Positions 10,218 through 24,000 are shown, counted from the first letter of the stretch. The stretch: 43,176 bases of DNA from Thecamonas trahens ATCC 50062 (GCF_000142905.1 NW_013657665.1:540101-583276), one strand, 5' to 3'. Notes: generated by a model not told the origin, from the letters alone. Program-made: numbers and translations.

Positions 10218-10899
10218 CTGGCTCACTGCCGGCCAACCGAACAGTGCGAAATGTGAGCGAGACCCGTCGCGTCCGCTTGATGCGCACCCCGCCAACCTTG
10301 TCCGACTTGCGCCCGGCAATGCTGTGGCTCCACTCCCATCGCGCAGGCCCGGTGAGAACGACCGCCGACCGCGCTGGGAGCCACACGTCGCACACAACGT
10401 CGTCTTTGGCAAACCGCATCACCGCACCCGAGCCGAGCGAGACCGAGACGATGACGCCCGCAAAGCACGGTTTGCAGTCGATGTGGGCAGAGATGCCCTG
10501 CCCGGGCTCATACTCGTTGACGATGAGCTGGTCAAACTCTCCGTCGCCTGCCGCTCCCAGCCGAGCCATCACTTGCTTGCTCCATTCTGGCAGCTCGCCG
10601 AGATACGACTCGGGCGCCACCTTGCGACTTCGGTAGTCATACCGGTAGCCGTAGTGCTGGACCCGTCGCTTGAGTGACGTCATCCACTCGCCGTTGTCGA
10701 CCTGTGCCAGCAGCGCCAACTCGTCTTCGGGGCTCACCGCGTCGGTCACTACCGTCAGCCCGGGCACACCCGGCACGGCCTCACCGTCCAGCCCGCGCGC
10801 CGCCTTGCCGGTCCGCCCGCCGTCGTCACGCGTAAAACCATCTCCATCCTCGTCCCGCACTCGCTTACGGCTCGTGCTCGTGCTTGCTTCCGCACTCAT
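10204..10899 (-). CDS. Stand-alone AlkB-family dioxygenase (ALKBH8-like 2OG-FeII domain)
   Basis: VPGL..VSPEDE, LKRRVQHYGYRYDY, DQLIVNEYEPGQGISAHID (HxD), IVSVSLGS, LPARSAVVLTGPARWEWSHSI, RRVSLTFR. No RRM or methyltransferase domain. ATG 10899. Confidence 0.88.
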   Translation of the reverse strand: MSAEASTSTSRKRVRDEDGDGFTRDDGGRTGKAARGLDGEAVPGVPGLTVVTDAVSPEDELALLAQVDNGEWMTSLKRRVQHYGYRYDYRSRKVAPESYLGELPEWSKQVMARLGAAGDGEFDQLIVNEYEPGQGISAHIDCKPCFAGVIVSVSLGSGAVMRFAKDDVVCDVWLPARSAVVLTGPARWEWSHSIAGRKSDKVGGVRIKRTRRVSLTFRTVRLAGSEPATGE

Positions 10900-11032
10900 T
10901 CGTCCTGCAGCAGTGGTGGACGAGTGGTGGGAGGTCTCCGCCTGCCCTAAAAAAGGTCGTGGTTTGGAGGTCCCAGTCGACACCGCCGCTCGGCCGCCAC
11001 CAGCAACCCGTTGCGCTCCATCACGAGACGGT

Positions 11033-14000
11033 TTACGGCAACGATGCTACGGACTGTGATGCCAGCTCATCCAACTCGCTCAACGGCGTCGCCATGCTGT
11101 CCATGACAATGCCATCGTCGTCGTCCGCCACGGCACCCTCAAAGTCAACTTCGACAACTGCTCCGCCGCGGAGCGAGGCCATGGCCACCACCACCGCTTG
11201 CCGCTCAACTGGGCCGATGTCCAGGTCATCGAGCTCGAGCTCGAGCGCGTGCGCGAGTTTTCTTGCCCGTGCGTGCACCGTCCCGTACCGGCCGCGACGC
11301 GCGTTGAATATCTCGAGCGCATCGCGCACAATTCCCCACGCCGCAAGCGCAACAAGCGCCACCACGGCGAGCACAACCGTGCCAAACAGCGCGTTCGACG
11401 ACGACGACGACGAGTTGCGCTCGGCGTACGACGCGAGACCAAGGAGGAGCACAAAGAGCAGCGCCAGCGTCAGCTGCATGTCGATGGTGTTGTAGAGCGG
11501 AAAGTAGTACGGCCGCCACCGCGCCACCCCCACCAGCCACATCAACAAGACTGCAAAGAGGAGCGCAACCTGCAGGACCTGAGAGTCAGAGACAAAGACC
11601 GCCGCCACCACTACTGCCAGTCGCTTGCACAGATCGGCCACTCCGCCAAACCAGTACGGCGCACGGAAGAGCCGGTACAGGCCCCCGTAACGTCCAAACG
11701 TGACCGGGTCCGTCAGCGTCGACCTGTTACGCCACAGCGCCGCCAGGCAGTACGCTGGCAGCCCGACAACGTAGCATCCCAGTCCAAGCAGTCCAACCCA
11801 CATCACGCTCCACCACGCCGAATCAAAACACGCCACACCCGGATCCACGTCCAGCACCACGTCGCCATTCGGCAGCCGCGTGCAGTCAAAGATGACAAAC
11901 GTGGCCCGCGACATCGGGATGTACAGTAGCGGTCCAAGGCTGAACAGCACCGCGTCGAGTAGCGTCGCCAGCGAGACGCCTCCCAGCGCACCGGCGAGAA
12001 AACTCACCCGCGCCACCACGAGACCCGCCATGGCGGTCGCGAGCAGGACCAGAGGGAGGAGCACAGACACTGCGTACTTGACATGGAAGCTGTCGAGCGA
12101 GCACTCGGATGCAAATAAGTTGACGTCGACGTTGAACGCGTTGAACGCCCTCAGCATCGACTTGGAACGCGATCCCCACGAGAACTTGGCGTCCGCAAGG
12201 ACGCCGAGGACTTGGAACGCTACCACAGCCATCGAAACCGACGCAGGCATCTTACGCTCGCGCAGTTGGCCAATCGTCTTGGCACTTCCGCTCTCTCGGG
12301 TCTCGCCTCCCTCGTCATCGCCGCCACCCCCAGATCCGGCCTTCATCAGCCCCAGCCCGATGACCACGGCCGCGCCAACGGCCACTGCGAGGACAAAGAG
12401 CAGCCCGCCGACGAGGATGCCCGGTGATCCCGGAGGGCACCTCACGCACTTTGATGCAGAGTCCGAGTAGTACTTTTTCTTGCAAGCGTTGCACATGTAC
12501 CCGGTATAACCCGGTGCGCATGCAACATCCACTCCGCCCGGGCACGCCTCGGGCCGCTTGCATCGCACAAACGTACCGTTGCTCGCTGCATACCACCCGA
12601 CAGCAGGATACGGCGGATTGAGGCCCTCGGTGCACACCCCGCCAGGCGGGCACTCTGCGCACTCGACAAGATTTGATCCCGGTGCCGGCCGCTTGACAAA
12701 GAAAAAGCCAGCCTTACAAATACACTGCGGCTTGTTGCCCGTGCTACCCGCCGCATCGAACGACCCTTCCAGGCACGGCTCTACCGGGATGCACGCCTCA
12801 TACGCCGTAACCTCCGAGTACGTGCCCTCCAGACACGCCACACACGTCATCTCGGTCGCTGACACCATCGACGAGCCAAACCCTCCTCCGCACGGCATCA
12901 CAGCTGCACTTGTGGTTAGCGGCAGGACGCCAAGTGCAGACTCGGACTGGATAAACTCGAGCGTTAGCGTCACGATTGCCGGAGGACTAGCCACGCTGTT
13001 CGCTGCCACGTTGATGAGGGTGTCGGGTACACTCACATTGAACGTCTCGATCCGCGCATTGGGCGCCGGGTTGCTCACCACTGACGGCCCCGTGTAGCGG
13101 ACGGTGACTTGGGCGCTGTACGCTACAGCGTGGCCAAACACGTCGCGAGCTCCAAACGTACCATCCATTGCCGAACCAGCCTGCATGCTTCCGTCCGGCT
13201 GCTTTCGCCACTCTAGAGCCGCGACCGGGCCATGGACTCGCATGGCGGTATGAACGGCCCAAGGCTGTGTGGCGTTGAGCCAGAGGAGGGTGCCCGGCGG
13301 CGATGGAGGCGCTTCAGCAAGCGCACACAGGAAAGCATCCGCTGATGTCTCGCCGTCGGCCCCCCGCTCGCCGCGAGGTTACCGTCAAACGCGACCGAGT
13401 TGACGAGCGAGACCCCTGCGCCGCACACAAACATGCCGCCGCCGACGCCGACTGCTGTATTGCTCCGCATCACCACCCGCTCCAGCGTCAGCACCGCAGT
13501 CGTCGACGATCCGGCCGGCGCCATCGGCAGCAAGCCGGCGTCAACGCTTGCCGCAAGTCCGTCGATGGTGAACGGTAGGAGCGCGAGCCCGCCGCCGCCG
13601 CCAGCCGCCACATTGCCCAGAACCGCCACATCGCTCATGACCACGCTGGCCTCTGGCCGCATGAACAGGCCGCCTCCAAGCGTCGCCAAGTTGTGGCTGA
13701 TCTCACCCCCACTCGCGATGAGCGCGCCGTTCGAGGCAACTGAGACGGCACCACCCTGCGGTGCCGATGAGCCTGTGATCGTCGCTGAGCGCAGCTCGCA
13801 CGCTGACCCACTGCCAAGCACTGCAATAGCACCACCGGCCTGCGACGCCGTACATTGGCTCAACGTCGAATGCGTAACCATCAGTCTTCCGCCTGACCCC
13901 ACAAATGCCGCACCTCCGACGCCAACGTCGGTGCGAAGAGCGTTGACCTCGGGCGTCGACGCCGCGCCCAAGACATCAAACCGGGAAAGCAATGCTTTGC

Positions 14001-17000
14001 CGCCGACTACTCGCAGACCTGGTGAGCCCGAGGCAGAGACTCGGGCCACGCCCATGTCTGACACAGAGCCGTTGATGAGAGCCAGCTCGCCATCTCCCCG
14101 CACATCAAAGAGGACCCCCCGACGGTTTCTGCAGCGACGCCACGCGGCACGCTGCAGTTGAAGGAGACGTCGACAAGGTCGATCTTGGAAGTAACCACCG
14201 CGTGCGCGTCGACCATGCAGCCAAAGGTCCGTGGTATTGGCGGCCGTGCCACACCCGCCTTGCACCGCGATGCTATCGCCCGCACGTTCTCCCACACACA
14301 GGCAAATGATGACAGGCTGCCACGGCACGCCCCAACCGCATCAGACCACACCACAGGTGGTGAAGGCGTGAACGCGGTCTGGCTGGCCACGGCAAACCAC
14401 GACAGCGACACAGGCCCATTGTTGCGCGATGCCAGAACGTCCTTGTCACCGTCACCATCAATGTCTAAGAGCATGATTCTCTTGAATCCCTGTAACTCCT
14501 GCGCGGCCGTAAACGGCAGCGAGGCAAAGCCAGAGTCGCCGTCGTTGCGAAGCATCTCTATCCGGGTTGCTTCCGAAATGACAATGTCGCCATCGCCATC
14601 GCCGTCGATGTCATCGGCGGCCACATCAGCTGACGATGAGAAGGAGGATATCGTTGACGAGATGGCTTGGCCGCGAGATGCAAAAGCGAGTTCTCGAAAA
14701 AGAACACCGCCAGAGTCGTGTAGTTGAAGCAGACAATGTCGAGTCTGCCGTCACCGTTGATGTCCGCGAGCGTAAACTCACGGCTGTCAAAGTCGGGGCC
14801 CATGTCCGCCGCAACAACACCGCGTCCGGCCAGCGGGAGGCTGCCGGTGTTTTCGAACCACTCCAGCGCATCCTCGACTTGAACGACCAAGTCCAAATCG
14901 CCATCGCCATCAACATCACCAAACAGCATGTTGTTCCGCGCCTGCGGCTTGCTCGAGAGCGTAGCCAACAGGGTGTGACCGCCGAACGTACCATCGCCAT
15001 TGTTGACATACGCGGTAACATCGGGTGACGTCGTGCGGATGGTGGCCAGGTCTGCGAACCCATCGTTGTTGACATCGGCAATCTGGGCGTCGCGCAAGCT
15101 AGTCAAAGTAAGCTCCGAGCTAGCGCTGAAAGTACCGCGTCCATCAGTGTTGAGAAAGAGACCAGGTCTCGGCCCGCCGGACACATACAAGTCCAAGTCG
15201 CCATCCGCATCAAAGTCTCCGAGCGCAACAATTCGAGTGCCGGAAGTGGCGGCACCGCCTCGGATGATCTGCAACGGACCAAAGGCACCGGTGCCATCGC
15301 TTACACCGGCAAACCAGCCAAGGCCTTCGAGGTGGTCTAGGATGACAACATCCACCACCCCGTCGTTGTTGACATCACCAGCTGCAAAAGCCACAACAAT
15401 GTTGGGCGCGGCCAATGCAGTCACAACATTGCCACTGGTAGCAGGCTGGGCCGGCAGCATGTTCCCTGAAAGCTTGCGGACGACACTGCTCGAGGCGAGG
15501 ACTAGGTGCCACTCGCCGGTGCTAGAAAGGCCTGGAGACAGACCGCGAGTCAAACTCGTGATGTCCATGACGTCGACGGGAGGATTGTAACTTGCGGCGA
15601 TCGCGCCTGAGAGTACCAAGCGCAGCTTGTGCGGAGTTTGCTGCTCAATGATCAAGTCTTCCCACAAGTCGCCGTTGACATCGGTTACGACCACCTCTAC
15701 CGTGTCGCCATCGTTGCGGGCAGTGGTGTCATACAAGTGGACGACGGTGTTGCCTAAGATGCCGTTGCTGTTGACAACTACGTCGACGAGCGCGCCCTCG
15801 TACTGGACCACAACCAGGTCCGGAAACTCGTCATGGTCTGCGTCGATGACCGCAAGGCGCGCGTTCTCAACCGCAGCGTACTCGCCCACAGGCGACGAGC
15901 TTCCAAAGCCACCGGCACCGTCGTTAATAAACAGAGTGGGCGGTAGCATGCGACCTGTGGCCACAACGTCGGGGTCGCCATCGCCGTCGAAATCAGCAAC
16001 TGCCAGCCCGGTGTGTTCGCCAGAGTTGGGGGATTAGTAACGACGCCGCCATGCCCGGTCGAGTTGTACCACACAACGCCATTATTGCCGGAGATGACTA
16101 GGTCCAGCAAGCCGTCGCCGTCGATGTCACCCGTAGCCGCTAGCTCCGGCTGGTAAAACGAGCCCGAGGTGATTGACCATGACGACTCGGACCAGACTCT
16201 GCCAACGCCGTCGTCGTTGGCGAGAATCACCACCCTGCTACCGCTTCTGACTACAACAGCTAGGTCTGCGTCGCTATCGCCATCCAAGTCAGCGCCGAGG
16301 AGAAACGTGGGCGTGTACGTAAGATCTGCGACAACAAGTACCTTCTCGAGAACGCCGTCGGCAGGGAGCCACACAATTGTGTCGGAAGACGCAAGGACAG
16401 TATCCGACACGCCATTGCCATCGATATCCACCCGAGTGACTGCAACCAGAGCGGAGGCAGCCGGTGAAACAGCGTCCACCAGCTTCGGTTCTTCGAGCGA
16501 CCCGTTGCCGTGACGGTTGGCAGCAAAGAAGAGGCTGGACCCGCTGCCCTCCACCTCCACGAAAACCATGTCTGCATGAGTGTCGCCGTCGACGTCAACA
16601 AAGGCAGCAGCCGAGACACTGGCATCGGCTAGTGGACGAGCTACGGCACTCATGTTGAATAACGCGACTGCAGGGCTCGAATCCGAGATCACAACCAGGT
16701 CTAACACGCCCAAGCTGTCAAGATCAGCAACCAGAAGACGCACCGGAGTACTGGCAAGGTTGGCCAAGTCGAAAGACAAGCTAGGCTCGGAGAACGCGGG
16801 CTCGGAGCCCGAGTTGGGAAACCAGATCACTTTCTTGCTTGACTTGCCAGCGGCAATGATGTCCAAGTCAGCATCATCGTCGACATCAGCAAACACAACA
16901 TCAACAACATCAGTGGTAGCCAGGGCCAGGACTGGCGGACTGAACGTGTAGACAGAAGTGCTGGGAACAAACTTGATGCCGTCATTGTCGACAACGACAA

Positions 17001-17610
17001 AGTCGAGGAGCGAGTCGCCTGTGACCAGGCCCCAGTCCAGGGCCTTCACCGAGCCTGTCGGCATCATCACCGATTGTATGGTTGTAGACTCAAACAAGGA
17101 CTGCATGAGCGAGACCCGATTGTTGTTGTTGCTGTCGACAAAGACAATTACAGGGGCACCGTTGCGGAGCGCGAAGCCGATCCGCGACGCCGTGTTGTAT
17201 GACCCAATACTTGCCACCCGCGGCGGGCGATAGCCGGCACCTTCGAGGCGAAGATATATCAAGATACGCCCCGCGTCGTCGACCGCGACAATGTCGTTGC
17301 GGCCGTCCTCGTTGACGTCGCCAAAGACCACCTGGCCAGGCTCGCTGTCCGAGAGCGAGAGGTTGTCGTCGACAATGACGCCTGTGCCAGCCTTGAACGG
17401 GACACGGTAGGCTATGAGCATGTTTTCGTCTTCTGCATACGTCACGACTGTTGTATTCGACGCAACCAAGACACTTCTGGATGGCTGGGCCGCCAGAACC
17501 GTGGCCACAGGGTCAGCATCCGGCGTGCAAGACGGCTCCACCTGGCAGGCGAGGAGCCACAGGCACGCCAGGGCGACGGCCATTGCACGTGTGCCAAGAC
17601 GGGCAGGCAT
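11033..17610 (-). CDS. Giant surface protein (~2190 aa after repairing 4 frameshifts): signal peptide, FG-GAP/VCBS-like repeats, pectin-lyase-like beta-helix, Cys-rich repeats, ~9-TM C-terminal domain
   Basis: Signal MPARLGTRAMAVALACLWLLACQ at ATG 17610; many DxDGDGxxD(L/I)V repeats; GGA(I/V)/N.A..GGG repeats; CxxCxxGxY repeats; TM block with FQVLG, LYIP, FDC, RYGGLYRLF, KRL, RPY. Frames join at ~16030, ~14690, ~14118 and ~13363, each by adding one base. Confidence 0.8.
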
Positions 17611-18069
17611 GCTAGGAGACACAGAACAAAAGAAAAGGTCAAAGTTGTTCCAGGTGAGATGGAACCAGAGGATGAGTACGTGCGAGAGAGGTATGTGCTG
17701 ATGATGCACAGAGTAGGCGCCCGCTTCGATGTGAGCGGGGCTTTCAGCCGTTTGCTCCCCCCTCCCCTCCCCCCCGGCCTCAGCACACGGGCCGAAAAAA
17801 AAGAGCATGTCACGCCACATGTGATCGCCCCCCCCCCCCCCCCCCCACCCCCCCCCTTCCCCCATCCCCCGGTGTCCTCGCGCCACACCCACATCCAAAC
17901 ATACACCGCGACTCGCACTTTACTTCCGTTCCCTTCCTTGTTGTGATACGTATGTGCCCTTGTCTCGGAACACCAGCTACAACCTTTCTCCTGCCATCCT
18001 TCCCCGCACTCACATGACGGTGGGCGGTTGCCTCGCTGTGTTCCATGCATTCTTCTCGCGGTGGGTAGC

Positions 18070-21000
18070 ATGGCAAGTCCGGATCCGTACCACGATTTGA
18101 CCAAGTACTCGCTCGAGGAGGCGTTTGCGCTCACTGGAGACCGCCCAGGCCTGGTGGCCAAGCTTGTGCCTGGCCAACGCGATGCGTTTTACTACACCGG
18201 GCTGCTGCTGGCGGACGGAGTGGCGGCAGGCGACACGCCGCTCAACGAGCTTGCCGCGCATCTGGCTTCGTCCAAGTCGTCATTCGACTCGACGCGCGAG
18301 TGGCGCGAACTCAACACCCGATTTAAGCTCCTCGCGTACGATGCGGCTACATCCGAGGTCGAGGAGGACCCCTTTCTGGAGTTTCTCATCTCTGAGTACG
18401 ACCTCAGCTTCCAGACGCCGCGGCTGGAGCCGGCCAAGTCGGCGGCGTCGACGGCAGAGCCGGGCCCAGCCCCTTCATCGCAGACGCGGCACGAGTCTGA
18501 CTCGGCGGTGCCGCCTGTTGATCGCAATGCGCTCTACGCTGACGCATACCGGAGCTCGGGGGTCTCGGGCTTCCGGCCAGCGGCTTACCCATGGCTCCTG
18601 AACAAGCTGGCGTCTGCAGCAACCAAGGACGAGTACCGCCACCTGAAGGAGGTGCTCGACGCGCTGCCGCATGCACGACTTCCAGGCACGCTCCCTGCGC
18701 TCCTTCACCACATGGCGTCGGACAAGTACGGAGGCATCTACTCGGCTTATCGGCAGCTGACGGCCAAGTTTACGCTGGCGCAGCTCGACGAGCTGCTGGA
18801 GGCCAAGCCGGCACTCCGTGACGATGCCACCTTTGTCGACGGGTACTTGGCCAAGCTCCATCCAGGCGCAGACGTCGACATGCAGTATGAACTCAGCATT
18901 GGCTCGCACGCATGCACCGAGTACATTTCCAAGTGTCTCGAGTTTGTGAGGACCCTCGCACCGGTGTTCAACCCGTACCGGCACACGCTCCTATACCACA
19001 GCCTGGTGATTGGGCTGGCGGCTGGGCATGGGATGAGCGAGCTGGAGGATTGCCTTCTCGAGCTGCTGGCGATTCCGTCGTCGGTATCGTTTGCGGACCC
19101 GGACTGGGTGCGTCCGTTCAGGTCCGACGGCGCGCGGGCCGGCTACGTCTCGTCGTCGTCGTCGTCGGTGCCGTCGGTGCCGGCACCGTCATCGACGGAT
19201 GTGACTTCGCTCATCGAGCGACTCCTTCGTGGCGCGCTCAGCGAGACACGCCGCATCCAGCCGTATGCCAAATACGTGCGGTCAACGACGCTCGAGCGCT
19301 GGCTGGCTGAGGAGCAGCTGTTTGCGAGCGGGAGCGCTGACCCCACAAACTCGGTTCTCTCAGCGAGCACCATTCGTTCGCTCCGGGACCGAGTGGATCT
19401 CGAGTTTGGGCCGTCCAACGCAGCGTATTTTGCGCCCAACGACCACGTGACCCTCGATGTGGTGGTGAAGAACGTGCCCAAGCTCCTTGTCCGGGTCTAC
19501 GAGGTCAACACCGCGGCAGTCTATCGCGACTCGCTCTCGCAGGTCTCCGAGCATCTCTCGGTTGAGGGCCTTGTGCCGAACAACGAGTACGAACACAAGT
19601 ACGACGCACCGCCAATGGTCCGTGCGCAACACACGCTTCCGCTGCCGTGCATCGGTATGGCGCGCGGCGTGTTTGTGGTTGAGCTTATCGGCGGCGGGCG
19701 CTCGCTCCGCGCTGTCATCCGAGTCGGCCACCTGTACGCGCTCTCGCACCCTGCGCCGACTGGCCATGTGCTGCGGGTGTATGACGAGACCTCGGCGCTC
19801 TGCCCCGATGCGCAGCTCACGCTCGACGGACATCAGTACGTCGCCAACGCCCATGGTGAGATCCTTGTCCCGTATACCAGCTCTCCAGGTCGGCGAACAG
19901 TTGTGCTGACCTCGGACGGCTTTGCCGACTTGTACACGTTTGATCACGCGGGCGAAAACTACTCGTTTGCCGCTGCCTTCTATCTCGACCGCGAGCAGCT
20001 GCTCTCGAAGCACACCGCCGTCGCGCTCGTCCGTGCCCAGCTAAGCCTCAACGGAATGGAGCTCCCGCTGGCGCGGCTCTCCCATCTCGTGCTTACGATC
20101 ACCACGACCGACATCGACGGCGTGGTGTCGACCTCAACCATCGACGACTTTGAGCTCTCAGACCTCGTCGAGTCGACGTACGGTTTTGTGGTGCCGGACA
20201 AGACCGTAGCGGTGGCGCTTGAGCTGACTGGCTCGGTCCGGTCGCGGGCTACCGAATCGGATGTCCAGCTGCGGGCTTCGCAGAGCTTCCAGCTCAACAA
20301 GATTGATCTCACTGCCGCCATGGATGACGTCTTTCTCCGGCGGACAAGCAGCGGGTACTCGCTTGTCGTGGTGGACAAGTCCGGCCGCCGTGTGGCCAAC
20401 GCGCCGCTTAGCATCAACCTCGCCCACATCGACGTCAGCCGATCGACGAGCTGCTTGACACGGTTTACCGATGCCAGCGGCGCTGTCCACCTCGGGCACC
20501 TGCCCAACGTGTCGGCGATTCGAGCGCGCAACTGCTCTTGGACGCTGCAGCGAGCGAGTGGCTCGATGCCGCGGCTTCTGCACGGGATCGAGGGCGAGGA
20601 GCTGCGGTTCCCGTATCACGGCCAAGTCCCACGCGCCGACGATGATTATGCGGTCTCGTGTACCTCGCGCAACGCGGTGGGCGCAGTGGTAGACGATGTA
20701 AGCACAGCGGTGGCAGTCAGCCCCGGACTCGTGCGCGTTTCCGGCCTGACTGCTGGCGACTACGTGCTGTTTGTACCCAACGCGGCTGGCGGCTTTGACC
20801 AGCTGACGTTGCGGGTTGCGGCGGCGAGCACAGTCGTGACCTTTTCGCACACCGATCCGGTCCGCCACCGCATCTTCGTCTCGCCTGGGCGGATTCTGGA
20901 GCAGGTGGCGAGTTCAGAGCCGATGGCGGTGACAGACGTGACGGCGAGCAGCGACGAGCTGACGGTGCAGCTCGCGCACGCATCAGGCGCAACCCGTGTC

Positions 21001-24000
21001 CACGTTGTTTGCTCGCACTTTGTGCCCAACTACAACCCAGCAGAACTGCTCGGCCCGAGTGCGTTCTTCCGGCAGATGAGTGACACGCCGCGTCCTCTCT
21101 CGCGGGTGTCGTCGGCGTACCACGCTGCGCGAGCGCTCTCGGCCGAGGCGCAGTACATCCTCAATCGACAGTTTGCGGCCAAGCACCCTGGCAATATGCT
21201 CAAGCGGCCGTCACTTTTGCTCGCGCTCAACGACCGTCCTGGCAACGTCGACGACGTGCGGCGGTTCACGCCGTCGTCTGGCTCACTTCGGGACCAGATG
21301 GGCATGATGATGTGCGAGGACGAAGATGAAATGGAGTGCAGCATGATGGCGCCGTCAATGGCAAGAAGCATGTCCAAGTGCCGGAAGAAGAAAAAGCGCG
21401 AAGGTCGAGGCCCTGTAGCGGGCAGCGTTGCCGAGGCACGCTCGCTGCGGCGGCGCGAGCTCTCGGCGGACGAGACCGGCTCTATCCTGTCGGACCCGTA
21501 CCGTCACAACATCGAGTTCCTTCTCCACGGCTCGGACTGCATGTTCAATCTGCGGCCGGACACGGACGGACGGGTTGTGGTCCCGCTGGATCAGATCTCT
21601 CCCGGCAACACGGTGGTGAGCGTGGTGGTGGTCGACGGCGACGCGCATGCGGCGCGACAGTTTGCACTGCCCGAGTCTAGCGTGACGTACAACGACATGC
21701 GGCTGCTCAAGCCGCTCGATGCCGAGCGGCACTTTGCCGAGGTCCGGGCCATCGACGTCATGCCGACGGGCGGGTTGTTTGACGTCGCCGACAAGAGGAC
21801 AACCGAGTCAATGGCGTACGACACGGTGGGCAAGGTCTTTTCGCTCTTTTCGACCCTCCTTGGCGGCTCGGCCGATTTCGAGGCCTTCCGCTTTGTCACT
21901 ACGTGGGGCAGCATGGACCGCGAGGCCAAGCTCGCCAAGTACGCCGAGTTTGCATCGCATGAGCTCAACGTGTTTGTGGCGTTCAAGGACCGCACATTCT
22001 TTGCTGATGTCGTCGCGCCGTTTCTGGCCAACAAAAAGGTCAAGACCTTTGTCGACGACTATCTGCTCGGCGCCGACCTGAGCAAGTGGACGGTGGCGCG
22101 CAAGTTTGAGCGGCTCAACATTGTGGAGAAGATCCTGCTCGGTGGCGCTAGCGGCGACGCCGCAATCCTCCGCCATGTACTCGACCAGGCCGACTTGCTC
22201 CCAGCCGACCGGGCGACGTTCTACGCTCTCCACAAGGTGGCGCTCAAGGCCAAGCTTGAGTCTGCAGGAGACCTGCCCAATGCGGCCGGTGATGTGCCGA
22301 CTCTGGGTGGTGGCGGTGGCGGCAGCGGCGGTGGTGGCATGCCTCGGGGCGGCTACGACGACGCGCCGACACGGCGATACTACGCACCACTGCCGGGTAC
22401 CAAAGAGTATGGCGAGAATAACTACCACCGGGTGCCGATTGAGCTCATCGACGAGCGGCTGGTGCAGATTTCCAAGTTCTGGGGTGCGTACGGAGCGCAT
22501 GTGATGGAGCAGTTGGAGGCCAGGCAGAGCGGAGCCGCCGGAGAGCCGGCGCCGTACACGCCGGCGTTCCTCTCGGAACACTTTGTACACGCGGCGTCGA
22601 GCCCGACTGAGGCGCTGCTTGCGCTTGCGGTGCTGGACCTGCCGTTCGAGAGCAACGAACACACGGTTGAACTGGAGGGTGCGTCGCGGAGCCGGCTGAT
22701 GGCGGCGTCGCCGGTGATAATGGTCCACAAGCAAGTGTGCGAGACGGACGAGGGTGAGGCGCCGATCCTGGTGTGTCAGAACTTCTTTGACCCGAACGAC
22801 CGCTACGCTGAGGTTGACAACGAGCGTGTTGACAAGTTTGTGAGCGACGAGTTTGTCATCAACAAGGTGTACGGTTGCCAGGTGGCGGTGACCAACATCT
22901 CGACCGCGCGGCAAAAGGTCGACATCCTGGAGCAGATTCCGGCGGGAGCGGTCCCGCTCTGTGGCGGATTCTTCACCCGCTCGCACTACATCGAGCTCAA
23001 CCCGTACGCGACGGTGACTGACGAGTTCCAGTTCTACTTTCCGGCAGCGGGTGCGGCGGCCCATTTTCCGATCCACGTGGCACAGAACGAGGTGACGGTG
23101 GCGAGTGCAGCGCGGGTGACTCTCAACGTGGTAGATGTGGCCTCGGTCCACGACACGCTCTCGTGGAGCTACGTGGCGGCGCACGGGACTATCGACGAGG
23201 TGGTGGCGTTCTTGGACAGCCACAACCCGCTGCGGTTCCAGATTCTGGACATTGAGGACCGACTGGGGCACAAGGAGTGGTGGCTCAAGATCATGAAGCT
23301 GCTGCGAGCACACAAGGCGTACGTCCACCGGGTGTGGCAGTACGGGCTCAAGCACCACGACCGGCGAGCGGTGGCCGAGTGGCTTTACCACAACGACGGG
23401 TTCATCGACCGGCTCGGAGCAAGCTGTGTTCTCTCCATCCTCCCGCTCGACGTCGAGAGCGAGGTCCGATACCAGCACCTCGAGTACGAGCCGGTGGTCA
23501 ACCCGCGGGCTCACCCGCTGCCTGGGGTGTCGCAGTCGACGGCGCCAGCGATGGTCAAACATCAGTACGAGGCGCTGTTGGGCTCGCTCAAGTACTCGTC
23601 GACGTTCCGGACCGACGACCTGCTCGCGCTCACGTACTATCTCCTTCTGCTCGACCGAGTCGACGAGGCTGCGGCGTTCTTTGCGCGGATTGACCGGACG
23701 GCAGACGTGAGCGAGGGCGGGCTGGCAAACGAGCTCCAAGTCGACTACTTTGCGGCGTATCTGGACATTTTCTTTGGGGCGGAGACTGGGTATGCGACGG
23801 CGAGGGCGATTGCCGCCAAATATGTGGCGTATCCTGTCAAGCGGTGGCGCGAGATGTTTATGGACGTGCTGCGGCAGCTGTCGGAGCTCGACGATCCGAG
23901 TTCGGCGAGCGCGGCGCTGTCGACCCTGTCGCTGGCGGGCAGCGAGGCCGCCGCGTCTCGCGAAGAGCAGATGGCGGCGCTGGCGGCGACCGAGCCGGCG

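Noticed and set aside
11033-17610. Pseudogene or true integrin alpha
   Set aside because: No in-frame stops and only single-base losses, mostly in homopolymers; multi-TM C-terminus with no single TM plus GFFKR tail.
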